A DNA stretch of 64,000 nucleotides from a virus. Numbering within the stretch: the first letter of the stretch is position 1; each line of letters opens with the position of its first letter. The stretch covers positions 32,001 to 96,000 of the IMG/VR virus record IMGVR_UViG_3300023109_000007. One strand, written 5' to 3'. The notes beneath the pieces are model-generated. The model had not been told where the DNA came from and ran no database searches. It saw only the letters and a list, made by a program, of their open reading frames with translations. The translations under genes were made by a program, and so were the position numbers. This document shows positions 38,767 to 48,351 of the stretch, one piece after another.

Positions 38767-41217
38767 TTAAACTGTTGCTGTGTTTCCTGATCCACCGACT
38801 GACCTTGCACCAAGTACATAGTACTCATCTGGCTTTGTACCATATGCGTCAGCTTGTCCACGCTGTCCATTTCTCCAGTTCTTCATTGCAGCAGCACCTA
38901 ATAAATGTGCGCCTGCTAACATGCCTGCCTTTTTATCGTTTGCATCGCCGGAACGTATGCCGCCGTTGTTTGTTAGATATATGTAGTTTTTATTTGTATA
39001 TGCTATCATTGCTTTTTCTTGGCAATTACCAACATTTGTTAACCAATCTTGTTTGTTGTTAACGCCATCTTTGCCTGTCCAAGCAGCTGGATTATTAAGT
39101 GTTCTGTTATTACCACTAGAACCTAAAATAATATATCCTGCTTCTTGACACGCTAATGATCCAAATTGATACTTACCTGAGTAGCCAATAGTATTAACAA
39201 CATCATATTTGTTGCCGCTTTCACGCTGTCCAATTGCACTCATATAATTTGCAGTTTCACTTCTACTAAATCCTGTAATTGTTCCAGGAACTTCAGAAGC
39301 AGATAAAACAGGAGCAGCTAATGTTCCTGGCTGTTGAAGAGCAGAATCAAGTGTTCTGTCAACTGTTGGATCTAACGGATCGCCTCCTGCTGATAAACTA
39401 AATCCTCCTGCACTACTGTTTGAGAAACTTGATATCGCAGGGTTAAGAGATGAAACTTGCTGGTTTGTATTTTTTCTAAATGTATCAGGTGTCTGAGCCG
39501 GTCTGCCGTCTATTAGTTGTCCAACTTGCTCTCTATCAGTTTCTTCTAATTTAAATGATTGCGGATTTTGATTTTCATGATGCGGCCAAGGTTCGTGCTG
39601 CGGAGATCTTGCTAGAATACTTTGGTACGTTCCTGGAACACTAACACCCGGAGTAATTTGAGGTAATGAAATTAAAGGCAGTCTTACAACTGGTTCAGGA
39701 GTTTCTGCTGGACCTGCTGCGCTTGCGCTACCGGACAATCCACTATTCCAATGTACTTCTCCTGCATCCCCTGAAAGTATACCCGGAGCTGCTAAACTAA
39801 TATTAGATCCTGATGATACTAACGTACTTGATGCTGAAGTAATATTAACATTTGCTCCTGCTTGTAGATTCATAGCTGCTGTTGAAATAACATTTACAGC
39901 AGCATCAGAATCTATATTAGTTGCACCTGCTGATTTAATATTAACAGCAGCACCTGCTTCTGCTTTGATTGCTGAACCAACAAGCAATTGATGACTAGCA
40001 CCAACAGTTATTTTAGATTCTGTACCTACGTCTAAATTAAAGGCATGCTTAGATTCAATTTGTACTCTGCCAGCTTCATTTCCACGTCCATCTTTATTTG
40101 CAAAGTTTGCATATCTAGCACTTGCTTTCATATTGATGTTTCTACCCGCTTCTACATTAAAGTCTCTAAATGCAGTAAAGTTTAAATCATTTTCACTGTT
40201 AACACTAATACTATCTTGACTATGAATATCTATTTTACCATCACTAGTAATTTCTATCCATGCAGTTCCACGTGAGTTAGCAATATAAATTAAATCTTCT
40301 GAATTGTGTAGTAAAATTTGATGACCAGTACGTGTCCTAAATCTTAATAATTCGTTGTGTGGTATAGTTTCGTCGCCGCCTGCTTCACCTGCTTCTAAAC
40401 TAGCATAGAAAGGCGGTGCTTCTTCTGCATGTCCTTTCCTAAGTAACTTATCGTCACCGTCATCCATAACAATACTAGAACCGCCTAAGCGGCTTGCATA
40501 GTAATTTGTTTTATTTTGTTCTGAACCTGTGTCAAGTGTAGGTGCTCCAGGACGTTTATCTGTTGGGCCTGGTGTTGACATACCAAAAACTCCGCTAGGA
40601 ACTTCTCTTCTAGCACTTGTAGTTGTAGTACCTCGTGTTTCGTCTGATATTAATCCTTGAATTTGTAAAATTTGACTAAAGTCTTTGTTGTAAGGTTTTA
40701 CAAATCTAGTTGGATCTTTACCAGTACCTGTTTCAGTTTTCTTGTTATATTCGCCTACTGGTAATTTAATACCTTGTAAATCTTGAGGAGTATTAGGAGT
40801 AGTTAAGTCAGTACTTGCTCTTCCGTCAGGAACCATAAAGTTCATATTTTCGTCTTGAATACACCCTATCCAATAAGCATAGTTTGTATTATCTTCTACA
40901 AACATAACTAGAACTTTTGTTCCAACATCTGGCGGAACAGCCCAAAAGCCATAGCTTTTTTGTGTATATTCATAGCCGTCGTTTGCTGTTGTACCCATTG
41001 ACGGAGTAACCCCATAAAATGGACTTAGATATTTACATGTTACAAGTTGGCCAGTTCGTTCAGGATTGTTACCAGAACCATTCTTAAGAAGTTCAACTTC
41101 TAATGTTCCCATATTATAAGGATCAAGATGATTAACAATAATTGCTTCATATGGGCCACCTGCTTTTGGCGGACCAGCACTATTGACTGTTCTTGATAAC
41201 GTATTTGGCCTAGACAT
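38767..41217 (-). CDS. gp5: Central spike gp5-like protein (OB fold, beta-helix) with C-terminal lysozyme-like domain
   Basis: DP..G.L.V, PPDVGTKVLVMF and RTRTGHQI motifs; 8-residue beta-helix repeats; C-terminal IGQRESG..GKYQFG..AGAHLLG. Confidence 0.75.
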   Translation of the reverse strand: MSRPNTLSRTVNSAGPPKAGGPYEAIIVNHLDPYNMGTLEVELLKNGSGNNPERTGQLVTCKYLSPFYGVTPSMGTTANDGYEYTQKSYGFWAVPPDVGTKVLVMFVEDNTNYAYWIGCIQDENMNFMVPDGRASTDLTTPNTPQDLQGIKLPVGEYNKKTETGTGKDPTRFVKPYNKDFSQILQIQGLISDETRGTTTTSARREVPSGVFGMSTPGPTDKRPGAPTLDTGSEQNKTNYYASRLGGSSIVMDDGDDKLLRKGHAEEAPPFYASLEAGEAGGDETIPHNELLRFRTRTGHQILLHNSEDLIYIANSRGTAWIEITSDGKIDIHSQDSISVNSENDLNFTAFRDFNVEAGRNINMKASARYANFANKDGRGNEAGRVQIESKHAFNLDVGTESKITVGASHQLLVGSAIKAEAGAAVNIKSAGATNIDSDAAVNVISTAAMNLQAGANVNITSASSTLVSSGSNISLAAPGILSGDAGEVHWNSGLSGSASAAGPAETPEPVVRLPLISLPQITPGVSVPGTYQSILARSPQHEPWPHHENQNPQSFKLEETDREQVGQLIDGRPAQTPDTFRKNTNQQVSSLNPAISSFSNSSAGGFSLSAGGDPLDPTVDRTLDSALQQPGTLAAPVLSASEVPGTITGFSRSETANYMSAIGQRESGNKYDVVNTIGYSGKYQFGSLACQEAGYIILGSSGNNRTLNNPAAWTGKDGVNNKQDWLTNVGNCQEKAMIAYTNKNYIYLTNNGGIRSGDANDKKAGMLAGAHLLGAAAMKNWRNGQRGQADAYGTKPDEYYVLGARSVGGSGNTATV

Positions 41218-41241
41218 TAATGTACTCCATTAAATTGTTCC

Positions 41242-41952
41242 TTAAGACGGTCCTGAAGAACCACTGTACTGTTCAAAAGGTTCACCATTTTGCTGATGTG
41301 TCAATTTGTATTGTCTGTCCCATTCAGCTCTCTGTTCTCTTTCCTGCGGATCAGTCGGTCTTGGATCTACAGCTTCAAACGCCGGAGCATTTTGATGCTC
41401 CGCAGTACTATGTGTATTAGATCCGCATTCTTTACACGCAGCAAGATTTCCTTGTGGAGTATTTACTCCTGCACCAGTACTCCCTAGTCCACGTTGTGAT
41501 CCTAGTTGTGCAGCAGCATTGGATAATGTAAATACTTTTTGTCCAGTACGATAATCATATCTATTATCTAAAGGATCTGTTGGTAAGTATGGTCTATTAG
41601 GCACTGTTTGTATTCCGCCACTAGATCCTCGTGCAGTTAAATTGCTAGGTAATTGTGATGCAGCAGCAGTTGCAGGCGAAACTGTAGATAATGATGTTAC
41701 ATCAGGACCTGCGCCTCCAAAAGGATCTAATTGAGCAGCTATATTAGTAACATCAGGCAACCCTGGAACATCTGGTATTTGAAGTTTTCCTCTTGGGTCA
41801 AATGAGTCTGGTGTTAAATTTGCTATTTCAGTTGCCTTAGCAGCAATTTTTCGTGTTGTTGCTTCTAATCTTGCTTTTTGAGTTTCGATAATAGTGCCAA
41901 CAGGACCTGCGGCTATATAATCTCCTTTTTTTAAGAAATTGTTAATTGCCAT
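41242..41952 (-). CDS. Hypothetical protein in the baseplate module
   Basis: 236-aa ORF coupled to the upstream gene; low complexity, with CKECG..H near the C-terminus. Confidence 0.55.
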   Translation of the reverse strand: MAINNFLKKGDYIAAGPVGTIIETQKARLEATTRKIAAKATEIANLTPDSFDPRGKLQIPDVPGLPDVTNIAAQLDPFGGAGPDVTSLSTVSPATAAASQLPSNLTARGSSGGIQTVPNRPYLPTDPLDNRYDYRTGQKVFTLSNAAAQLGSQRGLGSTGAGVNTPQGNLAACKECGSNTHSTAEHQNAPAFEAVDPRPTDPQEREQRAEWDRQYKLTHQQNGEPFEQYSGSSGPS

Positions 41953-44900
41953 TATTGCGCTCCGCCTGTTCTAGCTTGAGGTGTTTCGGTAGCAGGTAGA
42001 GACGTTGCACCACCAGAAGGAATTACTCCTCTGCGTAGACCTTGAAGTGATCCACCTTCGTTTGATGCAGCTGAGAAATGCATAGCATCTTTGCTTTTTC
42101 CTGTCCAGGCTCCGCCCCAACCCATTCCGTATTTGTTTGCTAATGCAACCATTTCACTACCTGTGCCGCCTGCTGGCATGTCTGTTATATAGTTTGGACC
42201 AAATGGGTTTTCACGAGGGTTAATATCAATAGCAATGCCGCCGGAGTGCCAACTCAGTGTTGACGTGTCGCCAATATATCTATAATTATAGCCGCCAATG
42301 CTGTATATTTCATACCCGTAGACATTTTCTAATTCGTCAATCATTGCTTGAAACTGCGGTGCTAGTGATGCTGCTACTTGTGTTGATTTGCCTTTCTTAC
42401 TAGTTGTAATAGTTGCAAGTTGTCCCCCGCTTCCAGCTGGACTACCGGCTGGTGCTGTACTGTTTGTCGCACCTGGCCCAGTTCCGCCGCTTGTTGTTGG
42501 AGAATTTGCATTTGTTAGTGTACGGTTTTGTTGGTTGCCTACTGGGCCGCCTGGTCCTGCGTATTGTCCCGCTGCCATTCTATCAGCTGCACGAGGATCC
42601 ATATTATTTGTAGCACCTTCTGTTATTGCTTCAGACTGACCTGTTGCTTCATCATTTTGGCCGCGACGTCTAATCATTTTTAAATTAGTCTTGAATTGAC
42701 CTTTACTGAATGTATTTGTAACTTCATTTACTTGGAATAGTCCACTAAACGGCTTTACTATAGTGCTAAATTGCATCAGTCCGCCTTCGGCATAATCTGT
42801 AGGAGTTCTAAAGTTTACAACAATTAATACTTCTTCGTTTTGGTAGTCCATGCCGCCATCAGCATTTGTATTACGCTTTACTCCACTTGCTGGTGCATTG
42901 TAATTTCCCATTCCGCTTGTTGGAATATAGAAAGGATCTCCCCAAATTTCCATTTCAGCTTGTACCATATCAGTATCACCATTAATTAATGTGTTATGAA
43001 ATGCTTCAGCAATTGCACGTTTTGTACCCGATGATGCAGTTGTAGCTATTCCGTTTGGTACAGGTGATTTGCCATCGCTGTTTCTAACAGGAGCTTTTGG
43101 TTCTGCTAAGCCGCCACCGCCGGCTGGACCAATGCCAGGAGGTGCTACAACCGTTCCAGGAGGTGGTGTATTTGCAACAACTTCACTTCCGGCGCCTGAT
43201 CTAATTGGTAAATTAAACTGTCCTAAATCTGCATACAAGTTTTGATAGAACGCTCCTTTAAATTCAATTGCAAAATCTAATACATCTTCATTTTTTCCTG
43301 TGTAGAAATAGTTGTATTCTTTTACTGCGTTTGCCTTTAATTCTTCTGTACTAGAAGGTGTTCTACCAGGTCCCATAAATTTAGCCTCGTCTGCTAAAAA
43401 AGGAACAACACTATATACATACACTTTTGCTTTAGTACCGTTTGTTAATTCGCTTGCTATATTTTCAGTATCAAAAACCATTGTTTCAACTTTGAACCAT
43501 GTTTTAAACCCATTTTCAGCAGGAGTTTCTGCAAGTGATTTTCCGTATTCACTACTAATAATAACATCTTCTATAATACCAACAATATTTGTACCTTGTA
43601 CATACTGCCCTGTTCTTTCAAGATCTTGTTGTGCTACTGCTTGTCGATTCATATATCTTATTGGCCCGTCATCATACATTGCATCAACATGACTTCCCAT
43701 TGGTCTAGTGCCACCTTCATTTGTATCATTAGTTAGAATAGCCCTACCAATTTCATTTACGTGAGTTTCTGAAAAATTCTTTAATGTTTCATAAACATTA
43801 GCCCCACCCGCGGCTTCTACTGCACTTGTAGCACCTTGCTTGTCATCAGGAAACATAATAATATATCTATCTTCTTGAGGAGAAACATTAGCATCTTCAC
43901 GTGTTTCATTTCTAGCGTTTAGTACATTTGTTAAACTGCGTTCGCCTCTTTGTAAATATTCATCAACAGCATTACCACTAATTGATACATCTGTTGGTAC
44001 TTGTGCAATTTCATCAACAAGTGCTTGTTCATTGTAAGGAATTGCTTCAACTGAATATCTACTACCTTGTCCGTCAACTTGAAATTCAACATTAGTTAGT
44101 TTTATCGGAACGTATTTTGTTGTAACGTTTTGTTCTTGTTTATTTGGCATTGGAGCACTATTTTCATCAAACCCCAAAAACTGTATTCTCAATATATACG
44201 GTGCTTCGATATAATTTGCATGATTTGCTTGTACTGCTGCTACCTGCATAGCTTCTAAAAACTGTCCCATACTATATGGTTCTAGTACTGTAAATGCAAT
44301 ATTTGTACCCATTGCAACACCAGTTTTAGAATTTGGAGCAATAAGTGCATCCATTTCTAAGTCTTCTAAATAATACTCTCCGGTAGTATTGTAGTTTACT
44401 TCGCCAAATGTAGTAACTCTTTCCGTAAGTGCGCCGCCGCCGGTTTGGCAAATTACATTAGATAACCCACGAGACCTAAATCCACTTTCGGGTGTGTTTA
44501 CTTCAGCACTGGTTATACAAGCTAATGTAATTCTGTAATTATATGCAGCGTATGATCTTAAAGGATTTTTTAATCTACCATTAGCATCAGTTGCTATAGC
44601 TGTGTTAGATCTATCAGTTCTACCACCTGAGCCTATTGATGCTAGTCCAAAAAACGCTCCTCCTAAGTCGCCGCTGAATAGACTTGTTGCTGAATTTAAG
44701 AGGCCACCTATTGATCCGCCTGCTACTTTTGCTATAGCACTGTTAATAACATTTTCACCAATGCCGCCAGCTAATCCGCCAGGCAATACTTTGATAGCAT
44801 TACTCATTGATTCAAAATCTTTGACTAGAGGTATCTTTCCAAGAAGGCCCATTTCAAAATCTTGCATACCGGCTCGCTGAATACTTTCTAACTTTCTAGT

Positions 44901-45095
44901 AAAATTATCTGTTATGCCTTGTACGTTTCCTGGTAGTCCTGATATACCAGATATTGCGCCGCGTAAATCTTTGTTAAATCCGCCAAAATTGACTTTAGAT
45001 AGTTGATTTTGTGCCGCCGTTAAATTTTTATTAAAGTTTCCAAGGGAGCCGGCTGCTCCTGAAATATTTGAAGATATGAAACTGCCAAAACCCAT
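41952..45095 (-). CDS. Baseplate hub (gp27-like) fused to a C-terminal M15 Zn peptidase
   Basis: Hub motifs (EPYS..F, GDPFYI, FSGLFQVNEV.NTFSKGQF.T.L) and position upstream of gp5. C-terminal SWHSGGIAIDIN...WGG.W...DAMHF is the peptidase M15 signature. Confidence 0.75.
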   Translation of the reverse strand: MGFGSFISSNISGAAGSLGNFNKNLTAAQNQLSKVNFGGFNKDLRGAISGISGLPGNVQGITDNFTRKLESIQRAGMQDFEMGLLGKIPLVKDFESMSNAIKVLPGGLAGGIGENVINSAIAKVAGGSIGGLLNSATSLFSGDLGGAFFGLASIGSGGRTDRSNTAIATDANGRLKNPLRSYAAYNYRITLACITSAEVNTPESGFRSRGLSNVICQTGGGALTERVTTFGEVNYNTTGEYYLEDLEMDALIAPNSKTGVAMGTNIAFTVLEPYSMGQFLEAMQVAAVQANHANYIEAPYILRIQFLGFDENSAPMPNKQEQNVTTKYVPIKLTNVEFQVDGQGSRYSVEAIPYNEQALVDEIAQVPTDVSISGNAVDEYLQRGERSLTNVLNARNETREDANVSPQEDRYIIMFPDDKQGATSAVEAAGGANVYETLKNFSETHVNEIGRAILTNDTNEGGTRPMGSHVDAMYDDGPIRYMNRQAVAQQDLERTGQYVQGTNIVGIIEDVIISSEYGKSLAETPAENGFKTWFKVETMVFDTENIASELTNGTKAKVYVYSVVPFLADEAKFMGPGRTPSSTEELKANAVKEYNYFYTGKNEDVLDFAIEFKGAFYQNLYADLGQFNLPIRSGAGSEVVANTPPPGTVVAPPGIGPAGGGGLAEPKAPVRNSDGKSPVPNGIATTASSGTKRAIAEAFHNTLINGDTDMVQAEMEIWGDPFYIPTSGMGNYNAPASGVKRNTNADGGMDYQNEEVLIVVNFRTPTDYAEGGLMQFSTIVKPFSGLFQVNEVTNTFSKGQFKTNLKMIRRRGQNDEATGQSEAITEGATNNMDPRAADRMAAGQYAGPGGPVGNQQNRTLTNANSPTTSGGTGPGATNSTAPAGSPAGSGGQLATITTSKKGKSTQVAASLAPQFQAMIDELENVYGYEIYSIGGYNYRYIGDTSTLSWHSGGIAIDINPRENPFGPNYITDMPAGGTGSEMVALANKYGMGWGGAWTGKSKDAMHFSAASNEGGSLQGLRRGVIPSGGATSLPATETPQARTGGAQ

Positions 45096-45096
45096 A

Positions 45097-45387
45097 TTAA
45101 GCTCCTATCAATGTTTTCATATTAGTTTCTTTAGGCAACCGTATTTGTGTTCCTGCAGAAAAATCGTATATTGGATCTTTTATTATGTCCATATTACGCT
45201 GTGCAAATATCCACCATAGATCCTTTGTACCGTATAAATCATATGCTAATAGATCTGGCCGATTATGATAATTAGGTGTAATTTCAAATATTACGTCATC
45301 ATCTTCAGCTGGGATTGGTATAATCTTTAATATATCTAAGTAACCTGATCTTGTTATACCTGTTTTTGCATAGGGGTTCATACTCAT
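45097..45387 (-). CDS. Baseplate wedge LysM-like protein (gp53/TailX-like)
   Basis: RPDLLAYDLYG..LWWIFA..N...DP..DF..G..I..P. Confidence 0.8.
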   Translation of the reverse strand: MSMNPYAKTGITRSGYLDILKIIPIPAEDDDVIFEITPNYHNRPDLLAYDLYGTKDLWWIFAQRNMDIIKDPIYDFSAGTQIRLPKETNMKTLIGA

Positions 45388-46370
45388 TAGATAAATCCTT
45401 CTGTGCCACTGGCCGCATAATCGCCGTTCGCAAACTTCTGTAGATTAAATGTAGATTGTGTTGTTCTACTGTACTGTGGTAATAGTGTTACTGTAATTGT
45501 AGATTGTACAGGAACATAGTTATCTTGGTTTTCTAAATTAACTTTTATATAATCTACTTCTGCAGGTAAATCGGTTGTAAAGTTACTTACAACTACAGGT
45601 ATGTTATTAAGAACATGTCTGCCATATCCGTTTAGTCTAGCAACCAAAGGTGGATTACCACTGTATGCTCCGTCGCCATAGAACATTTTAGTCATTGTTC
45701 TAAGATAATGTAACACAGCAATCCAGTATACGGCATCAGCTGACGATTCGCTATAAAATTCACCTGTAATTGTTATTGCATCTACTTGACTGTTTTCATA
45801 TGCATTATAAGGATAGTTTACATGAGTTGGATGTATTTGACTATAACTTGCTGTATTACCAAATAATATTGTAGGTGTAAACGGAAAAACTAGTTTGCCG
45901 CCACTGTTTTTAAATGGGTTAAATAAAGCACTGTCAGTAATAGCTTGAGGTATAGATAAACTAACTCTCCAATCATTTGATTCAGGATCAATTCCGCCAG
46001 CTGACACACTTTGACTTATTAGTTGAGCCTGTGCCGAATTAGCAGAAATTGGGTTAGCGCCAGGTGGAGGACCGCCTGCTGCTCCCATTCTGCTTCTAGT
46101 TCCAAAACCCCGTGTAAAGGTACCTTTGAGAGCGTTAAAGTCAGCTGTTGCACCTTTGGCAAGATTAAGTAAATCTGATCCTTGAGATACTAAGCCTTTT
46201 AAGCCACCAATTGACGGTTTACTAGCAAAGTTTCCGATAGCACCTTGTAAGCCACTAACTCCGCCAAAAGCTGCGGTAGCATTTGATTTTAGATTATTAA
46301 ATGTACTCTGAGCGTTCTTTACAGAGCTTGCCATTGATGATAATTGATTAAATCCGCTAAAAAGTCCCAT
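45387..46370 (-). CDS. Baseplate tail-tube cap/initiator (gp48/gp54-like)
   Basis: FPFTPTI, ITITGEF, GNPPLV.RL.GYG and VP.QS.ITVTL.P tube-like fold motifs; first gene of the late baseplate operon. Confidence 0.6.
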   Translation of the reverse strand: MGLFSGFNQLSSMASSVKNAQSTFNNLKSNATAAFGGVSGLQGAIGNFASKPSIGGLKGLVSQGSDLLNLAKGATADFNALKGTFTRGFGTRSRMGAAGGPPPGANPISANSAQAQLISQSVSAGGIDPESNDWRVSLSIPQAITDSALFNPFKNSGGKLVFPFTPTILFGNTASYSQIHPTHVNYPYNAYENSQVDAITITGEFYSESSADAVYWIAVLHYLRTMTKMFYGDGAYSGNPPLVARLNGYGRHVLNNIPVVVSNFTTDLPAEVDYIKVNLENQDNYVPVQSTITVTLLPQYSRTTQSTFNLQKFANGDYAASGTEGFI

Positions 46371-46391
46371 ATTTCTTTATCTCCTACATAG

Positions 46392-46399
46392 TATTTAGT
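46392..46399 (-). promoter_or_regulatory. Late promoter for the baseplate operon
   Basis: ACTAAATA on the minus strand upstream of the AGGAG RBS of 46370. Confidence 0.55.
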
Positions 46400-46427
46400 T
46401 GACAAATTTAACTACGTATATTATAAT
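46399..46427 (+). promoter_or_regulatory. Consensus sigma70 promoter for gp55
   Basis: TTGACA (46399-46404), 17 nt, TATAAT (46422-46427). Confidence 0.9.
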
Positions 46428-46456
46428 AGTATATATACTATAAGCCTGGAGCAAAA

Positions 46457-47284
46457 ATGAGAAAAAAGAACTACCTTAATAATAAGGACATTTTAAAAGA
46501 AATACACAAATCTAAGAATACATATAACAGTTACGTAGAAGAAGATTACGGACAGTTTGATATTATTTTATTAGATGTTGACAAAGTTAATATTAGAACT
46601 ATTGCAGAAGCAAAACGCAACAAAGCAAAACGTCTAAGCACAGCTGACTACGAAGCACGTAAGATGGCCGGACAAAAAGTTAAACAAGCAGAGTGCGAAG
46701 TTGATTATAGAAAAATTACAAAAGAAGAACTAATTTTTCGTGTCATGACATTTGATCATATTCCAGAAGAACCCGGAAGAAAAAAGAATCCGAAGACTAT
46801 AGCAGACACAAAAACTAAATTAAACTTTCCTCCATTTAAACATTATAAGTTTACAGATGACGGCGAATTAGTATGTGTAGGAAAAAGTCATTGGGAAGGT
46901 GGAATGGAAAACGGTTGCTTTAGTAAATCACATGGTAAGGCAACAAACAATCTAGCTATGATGTGGATGAAACTTTGTGATAGATACGCAACAAGAGGCA
47001 ATGTACGTGGTTACACTTACAATGACGAAATGCGTGGTCAAGCAATCTTGCAGTTAGCACAGATTGGCTTACAGTTTGACGAGTCAAAATCACAAAATCC
47101 GTTTGCTTACTATACTGCGGCTGTAACTAATAGTTTTGTACGTGTTATTAATATTGAAAAACGCAATCAAAATATTAGAGACGATATTCTTGAAATGAAT
47201 GACTTGAATCCAAGTTATACAAGACAACATGCAGGCGAATGGGAAGCTTCCCTAAAAAGACAAAAAGAACTTTCAAAAAAGTAG
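46457..47284 (+). CDS. gp55: Late-transcription sigma factor, gp55-like
   Basis: N-terminal NYLNNKD and GYTYNDEM..A......FDESKSQNPFAYYT motifs; lies beside gp47/gp46 as in T4-like phages. Confidence 0.85.
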   Translation: MRKKNYLNNKDILKEIHKSKNTYNSYVEEDYGQFDIILLDVDKVNIRTIAEAKRNKAKRLSTADYEARKMAGQKVKQAECEVDYRKITKEELIFRVMTFDHIPEEPGRKKNPKTIADTKTKLNFPPFKHYKFTDDGELVCVGKSHWEGGMENGCFSKSHGKATNNLAMMWMKLCDRYATRGNVRGYTYNDEMRGQAILQLAQIGLQFDESKSQNPFAYYTAAVTNSFVRVINIEKRNQNIRDDILEMNDLNPSYTRQHAGEWEASLKRQKELSKK

Positions 47285-47313
47285 TTGACAAGTGTACATT
47301 TTTGTTATATAAT
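47285..47313 (+). promoter_or_regulatory. Consensus sigma70 promoter for the gp47-gp46 operon
   Basis: TTGACA (47285-47290), 17 nt, TATAAT (47308-47313). Confidence 0.9.
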
Positions 47314-47343
47314 ATAACAAGTAGATAACCCGGAGACTATATT

Positions 47344-48351
47344 TTGTTTAAGAAAGCAGCAGTTTTTACTGACATACACTTTGGCCTTAAAAGTAATAGC
47401 CGAACGCATAACTCAGACTGTGAAGAATTCATTGATTGGTTTATTGTTAATGCAAAAGAAAAAGGTTGCGAAACCTGCATTTTTTGCGGCGATTGGCATC
47501 ACAACAGAAATTCACTTAATCTTACTACTATGGATGCAACAATTCGTAGTATGGAAAAGTTAGGCAAAGCATTTGATAAAGTTTTGATGTTTGTAGGAAA
47601 TCATGATTTATATTACAAAGACAAACGTGATGTAAGTTCTACTGAGTTTGCTAGGCATATACCTGGTATTACAGTAGTTGACAAGATACTAGTCGAAGAT
47701 GACGTTGCTCTTGTTCCATGGTTAGTTGGTGATGAATGGAAAAAAGTAGGAAAAATTAAAGCCAAGTATTTGTTTGGTCATTTTGAACTACCTAGCTTCT
47801 ATATGAATGCCATGGTGCAGATGCCTGATCACGGAGACTTAAAGGCTGAACATTTTGTTAATCAAGAATATGTGTTTTCAGGACACTTTCACAAACGTCA
47901 AAAGCAGGGTAAAGTACATTACTTAGGTAATGCATTTCCGCACAACTATGCAGATGCATGGGACGATGATCGCGGAATGATGGTACTAGAACACGGGGGC
48001 GAACCCGAGTACATTAACTGGGAAGCCTGTCCAAAATACAGAACAATAAAACTTTCTAAACTAATTGATGACACTGACAAACTTATTAAAGATAAGATGT
48101 ATTTGCGTGTTACACTAGACTTACCAATTAGTTATGAAGAAGCTAACTTTATTAAAGAAACTTATATTAGCAATTACGGTGTTCGTGAACTAACACTTAT
48201 ACCGCAAAAGCAGATGGAAGAAATTAGTACAGATTTAGATATTGCACAATTTGAAAGTGTTGATCAAATTGTAGCAAGTGAAATAGCAGAACTAGATACT
48301 GCCAACTACAATAAGAACACTCTCTTACAAATATATAATGGTTTAGAATGA
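47344..48351 (+). CDS. gp47: Recombination endonuclease subunit (Mre11/SbcD-like)
   Basis: DIHFG, GDWHH, GNHD and GHFH metallophosphoesterase motifs; TTG start with GGAG RBS. Confidence 0.92.
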   Translation: MFKKAAVFTDIHFGLKSNSRTHNSDCEEFIDWFIVNAKEKGCETCIFCGDWHHNRNSLNLTTMDATIRSMEKLGKAFDKVLMFVGNHDLYYKDKRDVSSTEFARHIPGITVVDKILVEDDVALVPWLVGDEWKKVGKIKAKYLFGHFELPSFYMNAMVQMPDHGDLKAEHFVNQEYVFSGHFHKRQKQGKVHYLGNAFPHNYADAWDDDRGMMVLEHGGEPEYINWEACPKYRTIKLSKLIDDTDKLIKDKMYLRVTLDLPISYEEANFIKETYISNYGVRELTLIPQKQMEEISTDLDIAQFESVDQIVASEIAELDTANYNKNTLLQIYNGLE

